A stretch of 64,000 nt of DNA from NCBI GenBank assembly GCA_035529595.1, contig DATKWK010000035.1:241067-305066 (forward strand). Direction: 5' to 3'. Source of the stretch: Candidatus Bathyarchaeia archaeon. Its GTDB lineage: Bacteria; Patescibacteriota; Microgenomatia; PFEM01; JAFGMK01. This document shows positions 56,378 to 64,000 of this stretch, in pieces. The number at the start of each line of letters is the position of its first letter. Position 1 is the stretch's first letter. A model generated the notes under the pieces. It was not told the origin of the DNA, ran no database searches, and was given only the letters and a program-made list of their open reading frames with translations. The position numbers and the translations under genes are program-made.

Positions 56378-57187
56378 TTACCGGCGGCTAAACATCCGCC
56401 GTCTCATTCTCATCTGATCCAAACCATTAGCTGTTTCTTCTCGAATCGTATCGCCGGTTAATTTCAAAAAAGCATTCTCCAAGGAAGAAGCACCGGTTTG
56501 TTTTTTTAATTCATCGAGCGTTCCCTGGGCGATGATTTTACCGTGGTCAATTATGGCAATACACTGAGCCATTTGCTCTGCTTCTTCCATATAATGAGTC
56601 GTAAAAAAAATGGTCACTTTTTCCTTTTTGTTCAAATCCAAAAGATAATCCCACATTTGTTTTCTGGTCTGCGGGTCAAGGCCCAAAGTCGGCTCATCCA
56701 AGAAAAAAATCTTCGGGTGGTGAAGCAGTCCACGGGCAATCTCAAGCCTTCTTTTCATTCCTCCGGAAAAAGTCTTAACCAAGTCATCTTTACGTTTCCA
56801 AAGGTCAACCAGGAGCAATAACTCCTGGATTCTTTTTCTCCTTAAAAGCACAGGAACTTGATATAACATACCATGAAATTCCATATTTTCATAAGCCGTC
56901 AACTCATCATCGAGGCTCGGGTCCTGAAAGACAATCCCAAATGACTGTCTTACTTGATCCTGGTCGACTGACGGATCAAAGCCGTTAACCAGGATCCGGC
57001 CGCTGGTTGGCCTCAAAAGGGTGGTCAACATCCTAATCGTCGTCGATTTTCCGGCGCCGTTAGGACCAAGAAAAGCGAATCTTTCTCCCCGAGTAACTTT
57101 AAAGCTGACATGATCGACGGCGGTTAGATTCTTGAATTGCTTGGTTAGATTTTTTACCTGGATAATCTCTTTCTTCTGCTTATTCAT
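56378..57187 (-). CDS. ABC transporter ATP-binding protein
   Basis: LGPNGAGKSTTI, FSGGMKRRLEIAR and FFLDEPTLGLD. Confidence 0.85.
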   Translation of the reverse strand: MNKQKKEIIQVKNLTKQFKNLTAVDHVSFKVTRGERFAFLGPNGAGKSTTIRMLTTLLRPTSGRILVNGFDPSVDQDQVRQSFGIVFQDPSLDDELTAYENMEFHGMLYQVPVLLRRKRIQELLLLVDLWKRKDDLVKTFSGGMKRRLEIARGLLHHPKIFFLDEPTLGLDPQTRKQMWDYLLDLNKKEKVTIFFTTHYMEEAEQMAQCIAIIDHGKIIAQGTLDELKKQTGASSLENAFLKLTGDTIREETANGLDQMRMRRRMFSRR

Positions 57188-57248
57188 TTCTTCCTGTCGA
57201 ACCTCTCTCCAATAACCCTGTTATTTTAACAGTTAGTGTCTTTAATTT

Positions 57249-57278
57249 AAAAGGGCCAATCTTAAGATTGGTCCTTTT
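57249..57278. promoter_or_regulatory. 30-bp near-perfect palindrome in a divergent intergenic region (ABC ATPase leftwards, thermonuclease rightwards)
   Basis: aaaagggccaatcttaagattggtcctttt. The core CCAATCTTAAGATTGG is a perfect 16-bp palindrome. Confidence 0.4.
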
Positions 57279-57308
57279 GTGTTAATATAAACAAGTAAGA
57301 TAGGTTCG

Positions 57309-58385
57309 GTGGTTTCATTTTTGACAAGAATTTTAAGAAATCTTCCCGGTTTCAAATCAGGCCGCTGGTCAAAGGCACTAATTGCCGTACCTGTTTATTT
57401 CTTTTTACTGATTGTCACTCTCGCCCTAACGATTCCTTCAGTGCCTACTTTAGTTTTAGATCAAATTAAACCTACAAATAAAGATACTGTCTTAATAAAC
57501 GGAAAAACTTCTTCGGGAAAACCCGTTTATCTTCTCGAAAAAAATGAAATTGTCCAATCGGTCAAAGCTGACTTGAAAGGCGAATTTTTTTTCAAAGTCA
57601 ACGATCTTCAAGATGGGAACTTCGCTTATACGATTGAAGCATGCAATAATCAAAAAAGAAAACACTGCCAAAGAAAAAACCTACTGGTGACGATTGATCA
57701 AACGCCGCCGGTACAACCGGTAATTACTCTTCCAAAAGAACTACCTGAAAAGAGCGATGGCAAAATCTTAATCTCCGGCAATACGGAACCGAAGGCAAAA
57801 ATAATTGCCCAGGTGAAAGACAAGAAAAGTTTAGAGATCCGCACTAACGAAAGCGGCGGTTTTGAAATTGAAATCGGCCTGGTGCCGGGAAACAACCAGA
57901 TAGAGATTAGGACAGCCGATGAAGCGGGCAATGAAAGCAGGCCTATCATATCCGAGATAAACTTCAATCCAAGAAGATTAAAGGCTAAAGCCATCAGAGT
58001 GATTGACGGCGACACCATTGAGCTTGAAACCGGCCAGCGTGTCAGATATATCGGCATTGACACACCGGAAACGGTTCATCCCAGTAAACCGGTGCAATGC
58101 TACGGCCAGGAAGCGTCCGCTAAAAACAAGGAATTAGTTGAAGGTAAAGAAATTTATCTGGAAAAAGACGTCTCGGAGACTGATAAATTCGGCCGGCTAC
58201 TGCGTTATATTTGGCTTGGCGACTTATTAATCAACGAATATTTAGTCAGGGAAGGCTACGCCTTTTCAACTACTTACTCGCCGGATGTCAAATATCAGCA
58301 TCTTTTTTTGGAAGCCGAAAGAAAAGCCAGACAAGAAGAGAAAGGTCTTTGGGGTAGCGCTTGTAAAAATTGGATCCCGGGTTAA
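57309..58385 (+). CDS. Membrane-anchored thermonuclease (SNase/micrococcal nuclease-like) with N-terminal Ig-like repeats
   Basis: C-terminal AKAIRVIDGDTIELETGQRVRYIGIDTPE ... FGRLLRYIW ... EGYA matches the SNase pattern. N-terminal TM. GTG start. Confidence 0.65.
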   Translation: MVSFLTRILRNLPGFKSGRWSKALIAVPVYFFLLIVTLALTIPSVPTLVLDQIKPTNKDTVLINGKTSSGKPVYLLEKNEIVQSVKADLKGEFFFKVNDLQDGNFAYTIEACNNQKRKHCQRKNLLVTIDQTPPVQPVITLPKELPEKSDGKILISGNTEPKAKIIAQVKDKKSLEIRTNESGGFEIEIGLVPGNNQIEIRTADEAGNESRPIISEINFNPRRLKAKAIRVIDGDTIELETGQRVRYIGIDTPETVHPSKPVQCYGQEASAKNKELVEGKEIYLEKDVSETDKFGRLLRYIWLGDLLINEYLVREGYAFSTTYSPDVKYQHLFLEAERKARQEEKGLWGSACKNWIPG

Positions 58386-59620
58386 ATCGCGGAAGAGCCG
58401 GCTAACCAACCGGTACTAAAAGCCTTTTGCAGATTATACCCTCCGGTTGGCCCGTCTAAATCAATAATCTCCCCGGCAAAAAACAGATTTCTTACTAACT
58501 TTGATCCCATTGTTCGGGAGTCGATCTGGCCGATATCCACTCCTCCGGCGGTAACTATGGCATTTTTCAGAGGCGCCACGCCATCGATCTGAAAAGAAAA
58601 GTCTTTCAAGAAATCTATCAGATAAAAAACTTCTTCTTTGGTTAAAAAGCTGTTCTGTTTATGCCCGTTAATCTTGGTTTTTTTCAAAGACAGAGGAATC
58701 AATAATTTCGGCAAAAGCCCCTTTAATAAAGCCCTGGCTTCTTTCTTAGGTATTTGGTGGATATCCCGGTAAATCCTATTTTTTAGCATTTCCCTATCTA
58801 AGGCCGGTTTGAGGTCGATGACTGCCTCAACTCTTTGCTTTTTTCGCAGTCGGTCATAAACTTCTTTGCTTGTTTCCAAAACGATGGGGCCGGAGATACC
58901 CTGATGGGTAAAAAGCATTTCCCCAAAAAAACTGACTACCTCCTTACCTCCAGCCCGGATAGACAGCTTGACGTTTTTTAAAGACAACCCGGCGAGTAAG
59001 CGAACCTCCGGATCTTTTACAAATAAAGGGGCTAAAGCCGGTTTCAAAGGATTAATTTTATGGCCGAGAGCGGCAGCCAAACGATAGCCGTCACCGGTTG
59101 AGCCGGTCTCCGGATAGGATTTACCACCGGTAGCAATAATTAACTTATCAGTAACGATCGTTCTGCCGGACTGGGAAAAAATCTTAAAGCAATTATCCTG
59201 ATAAAAAATTTTAGTCACCCGAAAATTATGAACAACCGGTATCCCCTCTTTCTCAATTTCTTTTATTAAACAATCCAAAATGGTAGAAGCCTGATCGCTT
59301 TCGGGAAAAACCCTTTTTCCTCTTTCTATCTTAGTGATGATCCCCCTGTCGTTAAAAAAACTAATTAGATCCTGATTAGAAAAACCGGTAAGAGCCCGGT
59401 AAAGAAATTTACCTTTTTTCCCGAAGGCGTCCACGGTCTCATCAATTTCTCCGGCCGTGGTGAAGTTACATCGCCCCTTGCCGGTCAAAAGCAGTTTTTT
59501 CCCCAAGCTCCGGTTTCTTTCCAAGATACAAATTCTTTTTTTTTCTTTGGCGGCGGCAATCGCCGCCATCATCCCCGCCGGACCGCCGCCAATAATTACC
59601 AGATCATAATCTAAATTCAT
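58382..59620 (-). CDS. HI0933-like FAD-dependent flavoprotein (BaiN/aminoacetone oxidase family)
   Basis: YDLVIIGGGPAGMMAAIAAA, LLLTGKGRCNFT and a C-terminal GEIIDLDGPTGGYNLQ. Confidence 0.7.
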   Translation of the reverse strand: MNLDYDLVIIGGGPAGMMAAIAAAKEKKRICILERNRSLGKKLLLTGKGRCNFTTAGEIDETVDAFGKKGKFLYRALTGFSNQDLISFFNDRGIITKIERGKRVFPESDQASTILDCLIKEIEKEGIPVVHNFRVTKIFYQDNCFKIFSQSGRTIVTDKLIIATGGKSYPETGSTGDGYRLAAALGHKINPLKPALAPLFVKDPEVRLLAGLSLKNVKLSIRAGGKEVVSFFGEMLFTHQGISGPIVLETSKEVYDRLRKKQRVEAVIDLKPALDREMLKNRIYRDIHQIPKKEARALLKGLLPKLLIPLSLKKTKINGHKQNSFLTKEEVFYLIDFLKDFSFQIDGVAPLKNAIVTAGGVDIGQIDSRTMGSKLVRNLFFAGEIIDLDGPTGGYNLQKAFSTGWLAGSSAI

Positions 59621-59754
59621 CAGTGCAAATCAAAAAATATCCCCAAAATATTATAACAAAGATTCTGAAGTTAAAATGGGATTTGCAGCAAAAAAAAGAT
59701 TCTGATATAATTTGATATGTTCAGTGATAGATAATATTTAGCTGTTGTTTAACT

Positions 59755-60426
59755 ATGATATCGCCCGAGTCAGAAAGACCGTATCTTTTTCCCGAAGCAG
59801 AACTCAACCAAGCAGTTGAGGCAACCTTAGTTCATCTTTATTTACCTTCAGCCACGAATGAAACCGGCTTAAGTCTCCGCAGCTACCTGGCTACCTGCGC
59901 TGCCCGGTGTCTTTATAATCATGGTTATACCCAAGCTTTGTTTCTCTGTGTCGGTGACGTTTGGGGGCCTAACTACCCTGACATCAGTTCCTGTGCGCAA
60001 AGATTATTACTTAATTGGGGATTACCACCCGAATCCATCTTTGCCACCAGCGGCGCCCGTTCAACAATCGATGAAGTTGACTTTTTTCAAACAGCAGCCG
60101 CGGATAGACATTGGCGGTCTTTGGCCAGCCTAGCTTTTGAAACCCACTTCATGACTATCCCTTCCTTATACTCGCCCGTTAAAACTTTTAGCGTTGAACA
60201 GGTGCTTTTCTCTTTAGGAACACCTGAAGAGTATAGGTTAATGTCTAATTTACTTTATTCGGCACACGAGGAATTTTATTTAGCTTATGAAACCGTTAAG
60301 TGGATGTTAAATCATCTGCCACTGGGAAAGCAGTTCCAAAGATTATTATCTTCGCAACGAAGAAGAAGACCACCACCAGGACCCAGCCTCTGGCGATCAT
60401 CGGATAGAGATTTCGAATTGCCTTAA
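59755..60426 (+). CDS. DUF218/YdcF-SanA-like protein (weak)
   Basis: LFLCVGDVWGP ... ESIFATSGARSTIDEV resembles the DUF218 block. Low-complexity Arg/Pro tail. Confidence 0.3.
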   Translation: MISPESERPYLFPEAELNQAVEATLVHLYLPSATNETGLSLRSYLATCAARCLYNHGYTQALFLCVGDVWGPNYPDISSCAQRLLLNWGLPPESIFATSGARSTIDEVDFFQTAAADRHWRSLASLAFETHFMTIPSLYSPVKTFSVEQVLFSLGTPEEYRLMSNLLYSAHEEFYLAYETVKWMLNHLPLGKQFQRLLSSQRRRRPPPGPSLWRSSDRDFELP

Positions 60427-60445
60427 AAGTTCAGAAGGATATGCA

Positions 60446-61144
60446 TTAATCTTCGGCTATCGACACAGAATTGACTACGGTTGGTTCAATCGGTGTCGAA
60501 TTTTCTCCTGAAGAACCAAGTTTGGTCGGAGACTGGGCAATTTGATCAACTACCTCGATTCCCTCAATTACTTGACCGAAGATAACGTAATTTTTCGGTA
60601 ACGGATAGTTCTGATGCATAATAAAAAACTGGCTACCATTGGTATTGGGCCCGGCATTGGCCATGGCGACTATGCCTCTGGCGTATTCGCCTTCAAAGGG
60701 CTCATCGTCAAATTGATAACCGGGGCCACCGGTACCGTCACCCTGAGGATCACCGCCTTGAATCATAAAACCGCTGATTACCCGATGGAAAATCGTCCCA
60801 TCATAAAACTTTTTTCGGGCAAGGGAGACAAAATTATTGGCAGTAATCGGAGTCTTATCGGCAAAGAGACTTATTTTAATTAGCCCCTTTGAAGTATTTA
60901 GAACTGCAGTATATTTTTTATTTTGGTTTATTTCCATCTCCGGCAATTGTAGCGTTTTTACCGGCTCCATATCAAGATTCGTTTTTTCCTCTGCTTCTTG
61001 ACCAGTAGGACTACTTTTATCTTCTATCTGCACGGCAATTTCCGGCTTCTTCTGGCCAGGGTTTAAACGGTTAAGAAAAACTAAGGCGGCGGCGACAATC
61101 AGAATCGGCACCACCAGTAGAATTATCAGATTCTTTATGTTCAT
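60446..61144 (-). CDS. Cyclophilin-type peptidyl-prolyl cis-trans isomerase, membrane-anchored
   Basis: FHRVISGFMIQGGDP, GIVAMANAGPNTNGSQFFI. N-terminal TM. Confidence 0.85.
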   Translation of the reverse strand: MNIKNLIILLVVPILIVAAALVFLNRLNPGQKKPEIAVQIEDKSSPTGQEAEEKTNLDMEPVKTLQLPEMEINQNKKYTAVLNTSKGLIKISLFADKTPITANNFVSLARKKFYDGTIFHRVISGFMIQGGDPQGDGTGGPGYQFDDEPFEGEYARGIVAMANAGPNTNGSQFFIMHQNYPLPKNYVIFGQVIEGIEVVDQIAQSPTKLGSSGENSTPIEPTVVNSVSIAED

Positions 61145-61433
61145 AAACTAATGGCTGAAATTTGATAAGCTAAATTAATTTGACTGATTATAGCAAAACA
61201 ACAAGACTGAAATGAAGGACCAGAGTAACTCCAGACGTTATTGGTAACAGTTCGGATTTTCCTTCCAGGATTAAAATTAATAATGGTTAAGGTCTTCTTC
61301 TTATGCTACTTTTTTTATTACTATCCCAAAAACTCTTTTTTGAAATAGTCTTTCCTATTTGTACGAGTTAATAACCGCTATTTTAGCATCATCACCAGTC
61401 ATTTTAAAATGTTACCGGACAGTGTGCCTCCGT

Positions 61434-62105
61434 CTATGTTTTTTCAAATAAAATAAATAATCCAAATACGAACATCAGCAAAGCAATAATTATTTTGGGA
61501 GTTAAGGAAATTACGAATTTTAATAGTGATCCTTTTTTTTCCATTAATAGCCGATCCAAATCCTCCAGCACACTCAAAGTTTCAATGTATCCAAACAGCA
61601 AAATTATAAAAACGGCAAGCTTGTCATTGTTGATATTTACGAAATTTCCGATTTGACTGGTCATTAACGAAAGGTTAATCAACCAGGAAATAATCATAAT
61701 TAACAAGGCATAAATAAAATAAGTAAGAATTACAGAGTAAACTCGTAACTCGAAGTTAAATCTTGTCTTATAATCCCGATCCGAATAATTAGGCTTGAAT
61801 TTACCTCCGGGGGTGACACTTCTTTCGATTGCTTCAAGAACTGTCATCCGATTGCGATTGTAAAAACCGGGTTTGCATAATTTAGATAATACTTTTTCAA
61901 TCAAGTTTTCTAAAAAATAAATCGCCAAAAAATTGAGTACGAAACAAAAGTAATTAATCCACGGATTCACGGAAGGAAAATCGATAATAAAAATCCCGTA
62001 GGCGATATTTAAGATCAAAGCTGTTAATATCTTATGAGGAGTAGAGGAAATTCTGATTAATTCAGGGCTTTTGATATCCATTATTCTTTGAAAGCAGTTT
62101 AACAA
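61434..62105 (-). CDS. Polytopic membrane protein, hypothetical
   Basis: 223 aa with 5-6 TM helices. Confidence 0.35.
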   Translation of the reverse strand: MLNCFQRIMDIKSPELIRISSTPHKILTALILNIAYGIFIIDFPSVNPWINYFCFVLNFLAIYFLENLIEKVLSKLCKPGFYNRNRMTVLEAIERSVTPGGKFKPNYSDRDYKTRFNFELRVYSVILTYFIYALLIMIISWLINLSLMTSQIGNFVNINNDKLAVFIILLFGYIETLSVLEDLDRLLMEKKGSLLKFVISLTPKIIIALLMFVFGLFILFEKT

Positions 62106-62142
62106 AAAAAATAAGGCGAAGCAAAAAAAATTTGACCAAATC

Positions 62143-62421
62143 TTAAATTCTACGAAATAATTTTCTTAACTCTATTTTTACCTGACCAAGAACTTTTTTA
62201 CGCTCGGAGGATAAATTTTTACCAGCCCGGTTGATATAAAAATTGAGCATGCTCATGGCCGATTGAAAAGCAGTCGTCTTTCTCCTGGTACTTTCATCGG
62301 CTGAACGTTTTAATGAAGCGGCAATTCTTTTCGGATCCTTCCAACTAAAAACTCCGGCTTCAAGATCCAAGGCAATGCTTTTTTCCGTGACTTCCTTTGA
62401 CCAGTTTTTCCTAGTTGTCAT
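62143..62421 (-). CDS. DUF3175-like small protein
   Basis: ALDLEAGVFSWKDPKRIAASLKRSADESTRRK...FQSAMSMLNFYINRAGKNL matches the conserved DUF3175 pattern. Confidence 0.4.
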   Translation of the reverse strand: MTTRKNWSKEVTEKSIALDLEAGVFSWKDPKRIAASLKRSADESTRRKTTAFQSAMSMLNFYINRAGKNLSSERKKVLGQVKIELRKLFRRI

Positions 62422-62424
62422 TAA

Positions 62425-62724
62425 TTAGTCACATTTCCACCAGCGAGGACAACAAATAGGCTTTTTTAACATTGAACCGGAAACACGCTCATTTTTAAAG
62501 CAGCATAAACCGGAGGTATCGAACCAATGGCAATATCTTTTACTTTTACACAACTGGGAATTTTTCAGATTGTAGCAACGTTCGGAAGAAGGCAAAGCTT
62601 CAGGATTAACAGTTTCTTGGAAATAGTTAAGGTATACAAAATAACCAATTAAACCTAAAGAAATTATGATTATCACAATCGCTATCTTTTTTTTTATATC
62701 AAGTATCATGAATTCCTTAACCAA
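62425..62724 (-). CDS. Small membrane-anchored Cys-rich protein, hypothetical
   Basis: 99 aa, TM anchor, 8 Cys in the extracytoplasmic part. Confidence 0.3.
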   Translation of the reverse strand: MVKEFMILDIKKKIAIVIIIISLGLIGYFVYLNYFQETVNPEALPSSERCYNLKNSQLCKSKRYCHWFDTSGLCCFKNERVSGSMLKKPICCPRWWKCD

Positions 62725-62831
62725 AACAATACCGAGAATAACTTCCTATTGTCAAGGAGACAATCCAGGGACAAAAAAATAATCTGATAACCGTTTCAAG
62801 AAAAGCATAATAAAAAGTTCTAATCCTTTCC

Positions 62832-63743
62832 GTGAAAACGTTGAAATTTATTTCTAATATGATATACTATAAGACTATTAATATGGTAAAAAGAAAAAAA
62901 AGAGCCACTACCCAAAAAAAGGATAATTATATTTTAGTTCTTATTGACCACGACGGGACACTTTGTAATACCAGTCCGTCTGCCTACGAAAGTCTGAAAT
63001 TCGCCGCTCAAATGGCCTGCGAGTCCGTTCAAATCAATATCAATGATTTACAGGTTGATTGGAATACTATATTCCATCAAACACGGGGAAGTACCGAAAG
63101 AAACTTCATTAGGCTTTTTTGTTTCCGCCACAGCGTTCCTCTTAATCAAATGGGTAATTTTGAGGAACGTTTCTATTTAGCCCGGGCAGTCTGGTTTAAA
63201 AACATGAAGTCGTTTAAAGAAAATCCTTATGATACTTATTTTCCTGATGCCGAAAATCTGATCAATATCTGCAGTCACCACCCAAATACAACTGTCTGGC
63301 TAATCACCGGAAATCCTATTCAGGTAATAAATGAACGATTAGCCAAACATCTGCGGAATTACTTTACCGATAAAAAGAATAACCTGCTTGGATCTTTTGG
63401 GAATGAGGCCTTGACCCGTGAAGAACTAATCCAAATAGCAATCCAACGAGCGATGAAATTACTGAAAGGATTTGTTCCCCTAAAAGATAGTTTAGGATTT
63501 ACTACTAATGTCGTCTATATCGGTGATGCCAGAAAAGACTTTTTTTCCGGGCTCAATTCCCGGGTTAAGACTGTTTGGATCCCTTCACGATCTCTCCAGG
63601 AAGTGAAAGATGTCCTAGCAGAAGATTACATAATTTTCTTAAAGCAATTTTTAAAACACCGGATTCAAATTGTTAACCGGATTGATTCGGAAGAAGTATT
63701 GGAGATGATCCTTTCCAAAAAAAATAAACCGGCCGGTTCCTAA
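62832..63743 (+). CDS. HAD-superfamily hydrolase
   Basis: VLIDHDGTLCNT (motif I) and VYIGDARKDFFSG (motif IV). GTG start in the track. A later ATG (MVKRKK) is possible. Confidence 0.55.
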   Translation: MKTLKFISNMIYYKTINMVKRKKRATTQKKDNYILVLIDHDGTLCNTSPSAYESLKFAAQMACESVQININDLQVDWNTIFHQTRGSTERNFIRLFCFRHSVPLNQMGNFEERFYLARAVWFKNMKSFKENPYDTYFPDAENLINICSHHPNTTVWLITGNPIQVINERLAKHLRNYFTDKKNNLLGSFGNEALTREELIQIAIQRAMKLLKGFVPLKDSLGFTTNVVYIGDARKDFFSGLNSRVKTVWIPSRSLQEVKDVLAEDYIIFLKQFLKHRIQIVNRIDSEEVLEMILSKKNKPAGS

Positions 63744-64000
63744 TCATATCCAATCACCCTCGGTTCCGCTCATTAGCTTTCGATATTGGCAATACTCACA
63801 ACTCGGATTAGCAGCCGGGATTTTATCATCCTCAAGACACTTTTTTATTGCCAAGATTACCGGTTCAACCCAAGAATCATCTCCCTGATGGGATAAGATC
63901 ATCAGTTCAAATTCCAGCCGGCCGTCAAATTTAGGCCGGTTGCGACCGGCATTGGCATAAACAAAGTAGCCGGTGTCATTGACTTGAAAGCCCATCCGTC
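63744..64000 (-). CDS. Hypothetical protein, C-terminal part. The gene may continue past the window end.
   Basis: The ORF runs to the window edge. Its C-terminus has Cys spacing CLEDD...PSCEYCQY. Confidence 0.3.
   Translation of the reverse strand, partial: RMGFQVNDTGYFVYANAGRNRPKFDGRLEFELMILSHQGDDSWVEPVILAIKKCLEDDKIPAANPSCEYCQYRKLMSGTEGDWI

Noticed and set aside
1-64000. CRISPR arrays, rRNA genes, transposases and integrases
   Set aside because: No regularly spaced direct repeats, no 16S/23S/5S-like conserved stretches, and no DDE or tyrosine-recombinase motifs were seen in any ORF. Their absence is notable for the putative islands at secA and tRNA-Glu.

Overview
This 64-kb window reads like a reduced, host-dependent bacterial genome of the Candidate Phyla Radiation (Patescibacteria) type. 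That placement is inferred from gene content and architecture alone. Genes are densely packed and almost all on the minus strand from 1 to about 41 kb. Many products are small secreted or membrane proteins, and no biosynthetic operons are present.

Housekeeping genes are ftsE, ftsX, prfB (no frameshift), prs, secA, serS, lysS, greA, obg, a cyclophilin peptidyl-prolyl isomerase, a rhomboid protease, two ABC exporters, an ABC-2 pair and an MFS transporter. The uninterrupted prfB and the long ORFs indicate the standard code 11.

A cell-envelope and surface cluster sits at the 5' end, from 1 bp to about 6.6 kb. It contains a CE4 deacetylase fragment, a GT-C glycosyltransferase, a subtilase, a sortase-fold protein without the catalytic Cys, VanZ, and a lamin-tail-domain surface protein.

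An ftsE-ftsX operon ends in an EnvC-like coiled-coil M23 peptidase. The M23 motifs in that protein occur in circularly permuted order.

The 3' end of secA is followed by an AT-rich island of about 5 kb. It is bounded by three decayed copies of the secA tail, which looks like an integration hotspot.

Between about 41 and 45 kb there is a cluster of nucleotide phosphohydrolases: HD, Nudix, MazG and CYTH proteins plus an Erm-like rRNA methyltransferase.

Next to tRNA-Glu(CUC) lie two hypothetical-gene cassettes. Each is bounded by a copy of a roughly 60-bp promoter/operator-like repeat (three copies in total).

There are several standalone nucleases: an ATP-cone-Mrr fusion, a Cas4-like protein and a thermonuclease.

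No rRNA, CRISPR array, transposase or integrase was recognised. All calls rest on manual motif reading of the supplied translations and the DNA, with no database searches. Coordinates of non-ORF features are approximate, within 2-3 nt.
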